This document shows positions 9,909-19,127 of a stretch of DNA of 64,000 nucleotides, piece by piece. The notes beneath the pieces were generated by a model. It saw only the letters and a program-made list of their open reading frames with translations, was not told the origin of the DNA and did not search any database. The stretch covers positions 1 to 64,000 of the forward strand of contig CAZVGK010000014.1 of the NCBI GenBank assembly GCA_964626665.1, given 5' to 3'. Position numbers and translations under genes: made by a program. Numbering within the stretch: position 1 is the first letter of the stretch; the number at the start of each line of letters is the position of its first letter. The stretch is from an uncultured Gemmatimonadota bacterium (lineage in GTDB: Bacteria; SM23-81; DAOVCL01).

Positions 9909-9939
9909 AAAAGGCAAGGGATTTTCCCCCTGCCTTTTT
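9909..9939. terminator. Bidirectional terminator-like hairpin
   Basis: AAAAGGCAAGGG...CCCTGCCTTTTT. Confidence 0.6.
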
Positions 9940-9968
9940 GGGTCTGTAGGGAATTTTTTACTAATAGA

Positions 9969-10355
9969 TCAGTAGGGTATGGTTGGTTCAATACCCACTT
10001 TTGTCTCCACCTGCTCTAAGCGTTTGTCATGTTCCTCAAGCTTATCGTCCTGTCGCTTTTGACCTCCAGTGAAAGCTACATGTCCCTGCCTAATTGTTTT
10101 CAACTCTCCAATGATTTTATCTTGTCCATTTAAAATCTCGTCTTTGAATGTGGTCAGTTCTTTCCTAAGTGGTTGAATTTCATCTCTTAGCTCTCTTTGT
10201 CCTTGCTTTAAAATACTTACATCTTCTTTTAGGGTACTCACAGGACTTTTAAGAGTGCTTACATCCTCTCTTAAATCCCCCGTTTCTTCTCTGATGATTT
10301 CTCCAACGCCATCTTTAGTAGCCAATTTACTAAATTGTTCTTTGGTAATTTCCAT
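9969..10355 (-). CDS. Coiled-coil hypothetical protein (heptad repeats)
   Basis: DVSTLKS/PVSTLKE/DVSILKQ repeats; start reassigned to ATG 10355, 6 nt after TTGACT-17-TACACC. Confidence 0.7.
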   Translation of the reverse strand: MEITKEQFSKLATKDGVGEIIREETGDLREDVSTLKSPVSTLKEDVSILKQGQRELRDEIQPLRKELTTFKDEILNGQDKIIGELKTIRQGHVAFTGGQKRQDDKLEEHDKRLEQVETKVGIEPTIPY

Positions 10356-10520
10356 ACCTTCGGTGTAGCAAGTCAAATTGAAACAGTCAAGAGGATGTAA
10401 AAATCCCCCATCCTTAACATTAAACTGCTTTATGTTGGTCAAGGGTGGGGCTTGGTTGGGATCCAAAGGATCCCCCTGACAATTAAATTCTAAAAAGCGG
10501 TTGGGAAATTACAAAGTTTA

Positions 10521-11291
10521 CTAGTTTCCGCTTTTAGCTCTTAATCGCAAAGCGTAGCGTTCGGATATGTTGGCAAATTCCTTGCTCATATCCATTTTGG
10601 CTTGACCCGAAAAGAGCACCCCTGGGGCCGCATACCTTTTACGAAGCGTAATGACATCGAGTCCGTTCAACAGAATGGTAAGATTCATGTAAGTGCCTTC
10701 AGAACCAGTGTCATCAGAGACACGTTGTTTAAAAAAACCGGAATAGTTGCAAACAAATAGCTCCATCTGCTCAAGAAATTCTATCTGATGACCTAGTAAT
10801 TGGGATGGCTCTTCCGGTTTGTAGACGAATGAAATCCTCCTCAAAGTAGGTGATACCTGCTGAATCGACCATTGATAGTCAGTAACAAACCGATATCGCG
10901 TATTATCTTCAGAAAAAAGTGCCACGGCACTTTGCACTCCCACTGACGTTGACTTTGCAGTAGTTGGACGTACGGTAGTCACTGCGTCTATTGAAATGTG
11001 GAGTTCGATGGATTGAATAATATTTGCTCTGCGCCCGAGTTCAGTTATCTCGGTTGCCAGACTATCCATCTCCCCACTGTATTTAAGATCTAATGTCCTC
11101 AGATGTTCTATCTCCTTGACATGTTCATGGCCGCGGTTGATAAGGTATAGTCGGATTCCGAGATTAACTACAAAGGCGCACAATGAAATGTAGCGTAACC
11201 ACTTCCATTTGTCCGACTTCTTTGGCAGAAAATACAGAATTACAATGCTAACAATGAAAAAAATTTCTATCCAAGAAGGCAAGATAACCAC
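10521..11291 (-). CDS. Hypothetical protein, two N-terminal TM helices + soluble domain
   Basis: 256-aa ORF with two hydrophobic N-terminal segments. Confidence 0.6.
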   Translation of the reverse strand: MVILPSWIEIFFIVSIVILYFLPKKSDKWKWLRYISLCAFVVNLGIRLYLINRGHEHVKEIEHLRTLDLKYSGEMDSLATEITELGRRANIIQSIELHISIDAVTTVRPTTAKSTSVGVQSAVALFSEDNTRYRFVTDYQWSIQQVSPTLRRISFVYKPEEPSQLLGHQIEFLEQMELFVCNYSGFFKQRVSDDTGSEGTYMNLTILLNGLDVITLRKRYAAPGVLFSGQAKMDMSKEFANISERYALRLRAKSGN

Positions 11292-11395
11292 CTACGCGAG
11301 TATAAATTTTATTGGCGGAAAAAAGAGGATCAAGGTTTTATGGGGTATAAGATTTACTCAACCCAAAAACCCAAGGCTTTTATCCTTCCCAATAG

Positions 11396-11650
11396 AGTCA
11401 ACCTCTAATCAGCCTCAACTTAGGTGGTTGTTATACCGAAGTCTGCTTAGGCCAGCTTTGCCCTGACATTAACCTTGTGGGTGCAAGCCGGGGGAAAGGA
11501 ATGCCTTGGGTTTGGTTTGGTGTTGGTTCTTTGTCTCTGGCCTGCCTAAGGGCCTTAAATGAGCAAAGAGGCTGAATTGAAAAGAGCGAAAGAAAAATCG
11601 AGATCCTAAGTTGAAAGGACAAAAGAATTGAGGCTGTTAGGGGTTAACCT
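11396..11650. repeat. Long nested imperfect inverted repeat (structured non-coding element)
   Basis: 11396-11420 pairs with 11626-11650; 11415-11424 pairs with 11605-11614; 11446-11455 pairs with 11537-11550. Confidence 0.6.
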
Positions 11651-11736
11651 TTCAGTATAGGAATGCCTGAGTTGAAAAGAACAAAACCGAGGCTGCTAAA
11701 GAACAACTTTAAAAGGTCGCTATTTTGTAAAATGCC

Positions 11737-12192
11737 CTATCGAAGCACCACACGAAATACAATGGTCCCAACTAACAAGACCAGGTAAAACACACTTACA
11801 CTTTCGTGCACAAAAAGCGCCGCTAATAAATATCCGACTTTCTCTTTAAATCCGATCTTATCATATCCGGATATCCAAAAGCACTCGGTAGGGTCTATGG
11901 AATTATAGGTTTCGTTGGTTATCGCTCGTTCAATATCTGCTGCCCTACTCTGGTGACGAAGGATAAAAGAGCAATAGAAGCCATCTAACAACCAGAAAAG
12001 TACGATGGGCATTATGGGCAAGGCGATTGCTTGTAATGATGTGACTTCTATCTTACCAGAGGCTGAAGCGGCTAAGCATGCCAATAATACGGTAATACAC
12101 CAATTACGCCTATCCGATGTTCTAGCTCTCTCTCGACCAATTGCACCATATAGCTGCTCAAGACGTTTTTCAGCCATCTCTTTAGTTATCAT
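11737..12192 (-). CDS. Three-TM membrane protein
   Basis: NWCITVLLA, PIVLFWLLDGFY and C-terminal FYLVLLVG hydrophobic segments. Confidence 0.65.
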   Translation of the reverse strand: MITKEMAEKRLEQLYGAIGRERARTSDRRNWCITVLLACLAASASGKIEVTSLQAIALPIMPIVLFWLLDGFYCSFILRHQSRAADIERAITNETYNSIDPTECFWISGYDKIGFKEKVGYLLAALFVHESVSVFYLVLLVGTIVFRVVLR

Positions 12193-12270
12193 CTTTCTCA
12201 GTTTCCAGAACTTTAGAGTTAGAGTAGAATCCCTCCTACTTTGCGCGCTGTGCTCTCTTTGAGTTTGTTG

Positions 12271-12807
12271 TTAAGTGCCACTTTCGCTTGGGCTTATTAT
12301 CCGTGCATTATCCAGCTCAATGAACACGTCATGTATGGCGGCGATGGTACCTTCAACACGTATGGTGTCACCTTGCTTCAGTAAACCGATACCGGGGTAT
12401 CTTGAGGGATCAACATCGAAAAGGATGATGGACCCAACGGTGATGTCTTTAGGTTGGATCGTGAGCCTAACTAAACCTCTCTCAGTACGCGAGGCACCGA
12501 CTAAGTAACCTTCCCAAGAAATTTTCAGACCAATGTAATGCTTTGCAACATCGGGTTGCTGCAGCAGAGGTGCATTTTCAATGGAATCCATAATGCTCTT
12601 ACACGTTAGGGTCTCTGGAGAGATCACATTCGCAGAGAATTGAATTGGAGGTGGTGAGATGTCTAACATCGCATCGACAGTCTTCGGCTCGCTTGGAGCA
12701 CGGTGACTGCGAATGACATCGCGAATGAACTTAATTACGCCCAACAGCACGAGTATGCCTGCTCCTGAGAATAGCCACTCTTTGTTCCTCGCGATCCAGT
12801 CAAGCAT
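12271..12807 (-). CDS. Membrane-anchored protein with probable OB-fold C-terminus
   Basis: N-terminal NKEWLFSGAG TM helix; YIG..I.WEG and LKQGDTIRVEGTI patterns. Confidence 0.6.
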   Translation of the reverse strand: MLDWIARNKEWLFSGAGILVLLGVIKFIRDVIRSHRAPSEPKTVDAMLDISPPPIQFSANVISPETLTCKSIMDSIENAPLLQQPDVAKHYIGLKISWEGYLVGASRTERGLVRLTIQPKDITVGSIILFDVDPSRYPGIGLLKQGDTIRVEGTIAAIHDVFIELDNARIISPSESGT

Positions 12808-12960
12808 TTAAGTGATCTTTCTTGGTCTAGTGCTATGCATTGCGATATTTTGCCCTGTAATCGTTTTTTCTCGGTGGGTTGATGTTTGATACCTTTATAC
12901 TGGCCCAGATTTGCCCTCTGTGGGGGTTTTTCTTCCTTTCGAGTATAAAGTTTTATCGCC

Positions 12961-13395
12961 TTACCCCTTTTCCTCTCTTCTGAGGACCTCTCTAGGCTGT
13001 TTTTCGTCGGACTGCAGACCGTTTGAGTGTTCATCCTTTCGATTAGGGTGATAAATAAGTTCTGTACCAAACAGACCCTTTTGGAGCCAGAGAACCTCAC
13101 CAAGCAGATTCCCGAGCATGCGCTCTGCCGCAGTAACATCGCGCGCCCCGTCGTGGGCGTGTTGCAAGATTGCCTTTACGTCATCATTGCGTTCCAGCTC
13201 CAGCGCACGTTCCCGTATATTTCTAAATTGCTGATCAGCCCAAGCTGGATTTTCTCTGATTCCTCGGATGTTACCTGCGATACCTGCAAGCATCGATTTG
13301 ACAAGCTTTTCCAATTTCCTCTTCTCTCGATTGGTCATCACGGCATAGACCAAAGATCCCACCGTGATAATTGCCGAAAAAATATCCAACCCCAT
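12961..13395 (-). CDS. Hypothetical protein, N-terminal TM helix + helical domain
   Basis: GGGAG RBS; 144-aa ORF. Confidence 0.6.
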   Translation of the reverse strand: MGLDIFSAIITVGSLVYAVMTNREKRKLEKLVKSMLAGIAGNIRGIRENPAWADQQFRNIRERALELERNDDVKAILQHAHDGARDVTAAERMLGNLLGEVLWLQKGLFGTELIYHPNRKDEHSNGLQSDEKQPREVLRREEKG

Positions 13396-13416
13396 AATCG
13401 CTCCCTAAGGTTTTAG

Positions 13417-13584
13417 TTATTCTACCACATCACCAAAAAGTTTCTTCTCTGTGTTTTGTAGATCTGATATAAGCTCCCGCTTCTTAGTCTCTATTTCTTC
13501 TTGAGTCGGTGGCCTTTTCTCTTCTCTTTTAAATCGTTGTTTCCAAATTATAAGATCACCTCTGATCTTCTCCTCATCTGACAC
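13417..13584 (-). CDS. Small charged hypothetical protein (55 aa), not in ORF track
   Basis: GTG-start ORF VSDEEKIRGDLIIWKQRFKREEKRPPTQEEI...FGDVVE ending 21 nt before the next gene. Confidence 0.35.
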   Translation of the reverse strand: MSDEEKIRGDLIIWKQRFKREEKRPPTQEEIETKKRELISDLQNTEKKLFGDVVE

Positions 13585-13659
13585 CGCTGACTACTGCTGT
13601 ATGCTTTCTTCTTACGTGTGCCCCCTTGTGATTGTTGTTCTTCTCTCCTCTGCATTCCC

Positions 13660-13688
13660 ATAATAGCAAATTGGATTTTCCCTGTCAA
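13660..13688 (-). promoter_or_regulatory. Sigma70 promoter heading the small-gene array, with inverted repeat over the -35
   Basis: TTGACA-17 bp-TATTAT with extended TG; TTCCCT-TGAC-AGGGAA palindrome. Confidence 0.7.
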
Positions 13689-13813
13689 GGGAAAGTGCAG
13701 TCGACAGAGGATCGAATCAGATATAAATAAATCGAAGAAAATGTAAGAAAACTAACCTCTTAAATGAGGTCTAAACTGCAGCAGGTCAATGGATTGTTCT
13801 GAGTATCAAGAAC

Positions 13814-14050
13814 TTAGCCGCCTGCGGCGGGGCTTTTTTGACGGGATAACAGGATTTACAGGATTTTTTATCCCACTGTCTCTAGGAAAACACCGAATGA
13901 CACCGAAGCCACCGAAAAATTATAACCCACATTCTTCCTCAGGATTTACTGTTGTCTCAGTAGTTTTCAGTGTTTAATGAATCAGGTCGTCTATCCTGAT
14001 CATCCTGCCAATCCTGTCTAAAAATGAAAATTCCTATGCTTTCAAGTTAG
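13814..14050 (+). mobile_element. TTAG-bounded miniature element, copy A
   Basis: GAAC|TTAGCCGCCTGCGGCG...GACGGGATAACAGGATTTACAGGATT...ATCCTGCCAATCCTGTCTAAAAATGAAAATTCC...TTTCAAG|TTAG; ends shared with 20191 and 39545 copies. Confidence 0.6.
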
Positions 14051-14245
14051 CCGAGCCGCCTGAATTGTTGCCGCCTTGCAGTGTAAGTTCAAACCCGCAA
14101 TGCAAAGGGATAAGCCGGTAAAGGTCTGGATTAGTTATCCGGTGCGTTTTAGGCTGAAATAAAGGAAACTTAATCCAACTCAAATACACATAGGGGTTAG
14201 CCTAAAGGGGTGTAAGGGTAGCAGTAATATTTCCTGCAATAGAAC

Positions 14246-14611
14246 TCACTGTTCGCCTGATTCTGCCTCACCCTCCAACAGCTTCACAATATCCTCTAAA
14301 TCTTTCTTCACCTCGCCAAGCAAATTTCTGGCCTTTAAACCATTAAAATCGATCTCTATCTGGGTCGTGGGCTTGAGGCTGCGCAGCTTTTTCCTGGCTC
14401 CTTCAATTGTATAGCCATCCTCATACAGTAGCCTCTTGATTAAGAGGAGGAGCTTTATATCTTTGGAGGTATAAGCCCTGGTCCCTCCTCTGCTCCTCTT
14501 GGGTTTAAGCTGGGGGAATTCGCCCTCCCAGTAGCGGAGGACATACTGCTCCACTCCGACGAGCCTGCTTGCCTCCTTGATGGAGTGATATAGCTTTCTT
14601 ACTTTGGGCAA
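14246..14611 (-). CDS. MerR family transcriptional regulator
   Basis: YHSIKEAS..VGVE.YVLRYWE.EFPQLKP.R; LLYEDGYTIEGARKKL. Confidence 0.9.
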   Translation of the reverse strand: MPKVRKLYHSIKEASRLVGVEQYVLRYWEGEFPQLKPKRSRGGTRAYTSKDIKLLLLIKRLLYEDGYTIEGARKKLRSLKPTTQIEIDFNGLKARNLLGEVKKDLEDIVKLLEGEAESGEQ

Positions 14612-14624
14612 TTTGCCTCCTTTC

Positions 14625-15629
14625 TTAATCCCAAACCTCTGCTTTAGGTTCCCTGGTCATTAGCTCAAGTAAAGCGGCTTTAGGGTTTTTGCCCTCAAAA
14701 AGAACCCCATACATTTGCTTGGTGATGGGCATTTCCACTCCATATTTTTGGCTCAGATTATAGGCTGAATGGGTGGTCTTCACCCCCTCGGCTACCATAG
14801 TCATTTCCTCTAAAATAGTGGCTAACTTCTTTCCTTCCCCGATCTTCTCCCCCACAAATCTGTTGCGGCTGAACTTGCTGGTGCAGGTAGTGATCAGATC
14901 CCCAATACCAGAGAGGCCAGAGAAGGTAATCGGATTGGCGCCCATCTTCTTTCCTAAGCGGACCATCTCCGCCAGGCCCCTGGTCAAAAGCGCCCCCTTT
15001 GTGTTGTCCCCCAACTTTAGGCCATCACAGATGCCTGCGGCAATGGCGATTACATTCTTCAATGCCCCCCCCAACTCCACCCCCAAAACATCTGGGTTGG
15101 TATAGACCCGGAAATCGGAAGAGAAGAAGAGCTCTTGCACCCGGCGAGCCGTGGTCAAACTTTGGGAGGCGGAAACCACCGTGGTAGGTATACCGCGGGC
15201 CACCTCCTCCGCATGGCTGGGGCCGGAGATAACGGCTATCCTCCCTGGGGGAATTCCCAGCTCCTCCTGCAAAATCTGCGACATAGTCAGCAGGCTCTCA
15301 TTCTCTATCCCCTTGGTCCCGCTGACCAGTATGGGCCCGGAGAGGGGAAGATCATTTAACTTCTGAGCAACATCTCGCAGACAATGTGAGGGAAGGGTTA
15401 AGAGTATAAATTCTCTTCCACTTACAACCTCACTTAAAGAGGAACTTATCTCCACTTGAGAAGGTATCTTCACCCCAGGGAGCTTCTCTGACCTCGCCCT
15501 CTTCCTGTCGAGAAGGGCAGAGGCTTGCGGATCGGATTCCCAAACCGTAACCTTTAAGCCTTTCCGGCTTAAAAGCAGGGAGAGGGCTAAGCCCCAGCTT
15601 CCTGCCCCCAAGATGCCCACCCCATTCAT
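14625..15629 (-). CDS. gpsA: NAD(P)H-dependent glycerol-3-phosphate dehydrogenase
   Basis: GAGSWG, SGPSHAEEV, GGALKNVIAIAAG, GDLITTCTS..SRN. Confidence 0.97.
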   Translation of the reverse strand: MNGVGILGAGSWGLALSLLLSRKGLKVTVWESDPQASALLDRKRARSEKLPGVKIPSQVEISSSLSEVVSGREFILLTLPSHCLRDVAQKLNDLPLSGPILVSGTKGIENESLLTMSQILQEELGIPPGRIAVISGPSHAEEVARGIPTTVVSASQSLTTARRVQELFFSSDFRVYTNPDVLGVELGGALKNVIAIAAGICDGLKLGDNTKGALLTRGLAEMVRLGKKMGANPITFSGLSGIGDLITTCTSKFSRNRFVGEKIGEGKKLATILEEMTMVAEGVKTTHSAYNLSQKYGVEMPITKQMYGVLFEGKNPKAALLELMTREPKAEVWD

Positions 15630-16261
15630 AGCTTCACCTTTTCTCCTATTTTCCTCTCCTCCCCGGCCAACAACCGGCGAATGTTAGATCTGTGGGTTAT
15701 CAAAACAACGAGGGAAACAATTAGTGAAAATATAAAAAGATATGGATTGATTTTCAAGCCAAATATGAAATCTTCTCCAGCTAAAATTAAAGGGAGGGAG
15801 AAGGTGGCAGAGAGCGAACTTAGGGAGACATACCTGGTAAAGTAAAGGAGACCAAGAAAAATTAAAAGGGCAAAAAGGGTGGGCAAAGGGGCAAGACCCA
15901 AGAAGACCCCTAATGTGGTGTTTACCCCTTTCCCTCCCCTAAAACCAGCAAAAAGAGGAAATATGTGACCTAATATGGCAGAGAGACCAGCTAATATGGG
16001 AAGAATTTGTGGCGCTATAACTCCAGAATAATGAGGAAGTTTCCATAGCCAGAGGACAGGAACCACCCCTTTGCAGACATCAACAATTAAAACTATCAGG
16101 GCATACTTTAGGCCTAAGACCCTATATGCATTGGTAAACCCGGCATTGCCACTGCCATATCTTCTCAGATCGACCCCTTTGGCCAACTTGCCCAGCCATA
16201 CGCTGGTGGGGACCGAACCAACCAGATAGCTTAACACCAAGGCAAAGAAAAGATTGATCAT
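15626..16261 (-). CDS. plsY: Glycerol-3-phosphate acyltransferase
   Basis: YLVGSVP, GSGNAGFTN, GHIFP..FRGGKGV, HRSNI.RL. Confidence 0.96.
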   Translation of the reverse strand: MINLFFALVLSYLVGSVPTSVWLGKLAKGVDLRRYGSGNAGFTNAYRVLGLKYALIVLIVDVCKGVVPVLWLWKLPHYSGVIAPQILPILAGLSAILGHIFPLFAGFRGGKGVNTTLGVFLGLAPLPTLFALLIFLGLLYFTRYVSLSSLSATFSLPLILAGEDFIFGLKINPYLFIFSLIVSLVVLITHRSNIRRLLAGEERKIGEKVKL

Positions 16262-16262
16262 C

Positions 16263-17579
16263 TTACTTATGACGGAACTTCAGCTTTATGGGAGTTCCCC
16301 GCAGGTCGAAGTCCCTCCTCATCTGGTTGTTCAAATAGGCGATGTAGTTTTTGCTTACATCCTGGGGGTAATTACTAAAAAAGGTGAAAGTGGGGGGTTC
16401 TTGGTCCGTTTGCACGAAGTAAAGGAGTTTGATCTCCTTTCCGCGACGGGAGAAGGGAGGGTTTGCCTTAATCCACTCCTGGAGCCTTTTATTCAACACC
16501 CTGGTAGCCAGCTTCCTTTTCCTGTTCTCCTGCACCCTCTTGGCCCAGTCCAGACATTCGGTAACCCCTATTCCCTTTATGGCCGAGGTAAATACTAAGG
16601 GAGCAAAGAAGAAACGAGGGGCTCTCTCCTGGAGATAAAGCTCAAAATCACTCTTCTCCTTTCCCACTACCAGATCCCATTTATTGGCGACAACTACCAA
16701 TCCCTTGGAGGAGGATTCTACCAGAGAGAGTATTTTCAGATCCTGGTTAGTTATCCCCTTATAGGCATCAACGAGGACCAAGGCCACTTGTGCCCTCTGG
16801 AGAGAACGAAATGCCCGCAAGGTGCTGTAATATTCTATCCCTGTGGTTACCTTCCATCTCCTCCGCAAACCCGCTGTATCTACCAAAATGAAGCTTTGGC
16901 CATCTCGGTGAAAGACAGTATCTATGGAATCCCTGGTAGTACCCGGCCGGGAATCAACTATCACCCTCTCCCGACCGTAGATGGCGTTTACCAAAGATGA
17001 CTTGCCTACATTGGGGCGGCCTAAAACCGCAATCCTTAGCTGTTCTCCTTTTATCTCCCCCTTTTCTGTGGGAGGAATCTTTTCTATTACCCTGTCCAGG
17101 AGCGTTCCTATATTCCGACCAGCAGTAGCCGAGAGGGGAAGAGGTTCCCCCAATCCCAATTTCATAAACTGAAAGCTTGCGGGCTCCTGGCCTGGGTTAT
17201 CGACCTTATTAACGGTTAGAATAACCTTTTCTCCTTTTTTGAACAAGAGCTTGGCAATCTGCACATCCAGATCTACAGGGCCCGTTTGGTTATCCACCAG
17301 GAAGATCACCACTTCAGACTCCTCAATAGCAAACTGAACCTGGGTTCTCACTGAGCTCCCTATTTGATCCTGCGTATGAGGAACCATTCCCCCCGTATCC
17401 ACTAAAAGGAAATCCCTCCCCTCCCAACTGGTCAGGGAATAGTTCCGGTCCCTGGTTATCCCCGAGTCCGGGCTGGTAATGGCCAACCTCCTGCGTAAAA
17501 TCCGATTAAAGAGGGTAGACTTGCCCACATTGGGCCTTCCCACTATGGTCACCGTAGGGAGTTTAATTTCTTGTTCCAT
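16263..17579 (-). CDS. der: Ribosome biogenesis GTPase Der (EngA)
   Basis: Two GRPNVGKS G1 motifs, DTGG/DTAG, C-terminal KH-like domain. Confidence 0.97.
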   Translation of the reverse strand: MEQEIKLPTVTIVGRPNVGKSTLFNRILRRRLAITSPDSGITRDRNYSLTSWEGRDFLLVDTGGMVPHTQDQIGSSVRTQVQFAIEESEVVIFLVDNQTGPVDLDVQIAKLLFKKGEKVILTVNKVDNPGQEPASFQFMKLGLGEPLPLSATAGRNIGTLLDRVIEKIPPTEKGEIKGEQLRIAVLGRPNVGKSSLVNAIYGRERVIVDSRPGTTRDSIDTVFHRDGQSFILVDTAGLRRRWKVTTGIEYYSTLRAFRSLQRAQVALVLVDAYKGITNQDLKILSLVESSSKGLVVVANKWDLVVGKEKSDFELYLQERAPRFFFAPLVFTSAIKGIGVTECLDWAKRVQENRKRKLATRVLNKRLQEWIKANPPFSRRGKEIKLLYFVQTDQEPPTFTFFSNYPQDVSKNYIAYLNNQMRRDFDLRGTPIKLKFRHK

Positions 17580-17606
17580 AATTACTTACTTTGTAAATTT
17601 GAAGCA

Positions 17607-18899
17607 TTATTTAAAATCTCCGGAAGGCAGGAGGGAAAGGGCTTTTAGCCCCTCTTCCCAATCAAAGAAGATTCGACAATGCGACCTCTTCTCCATCTCT
17701 GCAGGGGAGAGGTCATCCAAGAACCGCCTATCCTCATTCAAACAATTGGGAGGCAGAAAGAGAGCATCGCCACAGGATGCGGATTTACTTACCCTCTCCA
17801 GTATATCCGCCCCACTCAAAAGACCCGATACAGTGACCTCCTCTCCCAAAAAACGATTTGATATGGACAAAAGCCTGGCCTCGACGTTAGGGAGTAAATT
17901 AAGATCATCCCTGATCCCCTTCATAAGCCCCTGGGCCAGCTTGCCGGTAACCAGAGTTAACCGCAAATTACCCTTTCCATCTCTCTTTAACTTGGTGCGC
18001 AGTCCCCTCCATCTATCCTTAAATTTTCTCCACATCCCTACCCCATCCTCCAACTGGGGGAAATCTTCATAATAGTTCGAGGGAGGAACCCCCCTCCCTG
18101 CTTTCAGGTAGATCTCGTCCGCCAACCAGACAAAACCAGAGCCGGCCTCCTTCTGAAATTGCTTCCTCCAGTCCCCCACCTCCTTGATGAGATTAAAACA
18201 GTCCCCTTTCCCCATTGGGTGGAGAGGATAAAGACCCTCTCTCCATTTGGTTAATCCCACTGGAACAACAGCTACCGATCTTACCTTTGGGTAAAAAGAG
18301 AACAAATCCCAAACAGCTTTCCTTAAATAAGGTCCATCGTTTATCCCCGGACAGAGGACTATCTGGGCATGGAGTTCTATCCCCCCTCTGGTTAGTCTCT
18401 TTATCAGGGGGAGAAGTGGGGGGGCCTTTGGATTTCCCAGCATCCTCCTTCGCAGGGAATCATCAGTAGTGTGGACGGAGATATAAAGGGGGCTCAACCT
18501 CTGGCCGATAATTCTTTTCAGATCATTCTCGGAGAGATTGGTCAAAGTGATATAATTCCCAAATAGAAAGGAGAGCCGATAATCCTCATCTTTGAAATAG
18601 AGGCTTTTTCTCAATCCTGGAGGGAGCTGGTCCACAAAACAGAAGAGGCAGTGATTTGGGCAAGAGCGATAGGGCATCGGCTCAAATTGAAGACCTATTT
18701 CCTTATTGGGCAAATTATCAATGATTATCTCCTTGATTTTCTTAGATTTATCCTTGATTTTTAAAGTTATCCTTTCAGAATCAGAATAGAAAATCCAATC
18801 TATGATATCCCCCACTGGTTGTCCATTCACCTCCAGCAGTTGATCCCCGGATCCTATCCCCCACCTCTCCCCTCCCCCCTTAATGGTAAGCATCTCCAT
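17607..18899 (-). CDS. DUF512 / PDZ-domain radical SAM-like Fe-S protein
   Basis: CPNHCLFC, DQLP.GLR.SLY.KDEDYRLSFL.GNY, PQLEDGVG; start moved downstream of the tRNA. Confidence 0.9.
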   Translation of the reverse strand: MEMLTIKGGGERWGIGSGDQLLEVNGQPVGDIIDWIFYSDSERITLKIKDKSKKIKEIIIDNLPNKEIGLQFEPMPYRSCPNHCLFCFVDQLPPGLRKSLYFKDEDYRLSFLFGNYITLTNLSENDLKRIIGQRLSPLYISVHTTDDSLRRRMLGNPKAPPLLPLIKRLTRGGIELHAQIVLCPGINDGPYLRKAVWDLFSFYPKVRSVAVVPVGLTKWREGLYPLHPMGKGDCFNLIKEVGDWRKQFQKEAGSGFVWLADEIYLKAGRGVPPSNYYEDFPQLEDGVGMWRKFKDRWRGLRTKLKRDGKGNLRLTLVTGKLAQGLMKGIRDDLNLLPNVEARLLSISNRFLGEEVTVSGLLSGADILERVSKSASCGDALFLPPNCLNEDRRFLDDLSPAEMEKRSHCRIFFDWEEGLKALSLLPSGDFK

Positions 18900-18963
18900 C
18901 TCTTTCCCTCTAACCTTCAAGGAAAAAGGAGACAGATTCCCTGTCCCCTTCTCCATACAAAAG

Positions 18964-19035
<72 letters not shown>

Positions 19036-19045
19036 CTGATCCTTA

Positions 19046-19073
19046 ATTTTAACAAATTTCCCCCAGATGTCAA
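19046..19073 (-). promoter_or_regulatory. Sigma70 promoter of tRNA-Gly
   Basis: TTGACA-16 bp-TAAAAT, 10 nt before the tRNA. Confidence 0.7.
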
Positions 19074-19127
19074 CAACTTTTTTATGGGAGTCCAATGCCT
19101 ATATATGAGATTCCTTGCTCCAAGAGT

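Noticed and set aside
11570-11700. GTTGAAA/ATTGAAA-containing repeats as a CRISPR array
   Set aside because: Only two or three degenerate copies, irregular spacing (about 35 and 60 bp), no cas genes
9186-13600. Canonical integron or prophage
   Set aside because: No strict RYYYAAC/GTTRRRY pairs between these genes, no integrase, no phage structural genes
13810-14050. IS91 assignment for the TTAG family because GAAC and CAAG flank it
   Set aside because: Tetranucleotide polarity relative to the junctions looks opposite to IS91-type cleavage as I recall it, and no Y2 transposase is present; left unassigned
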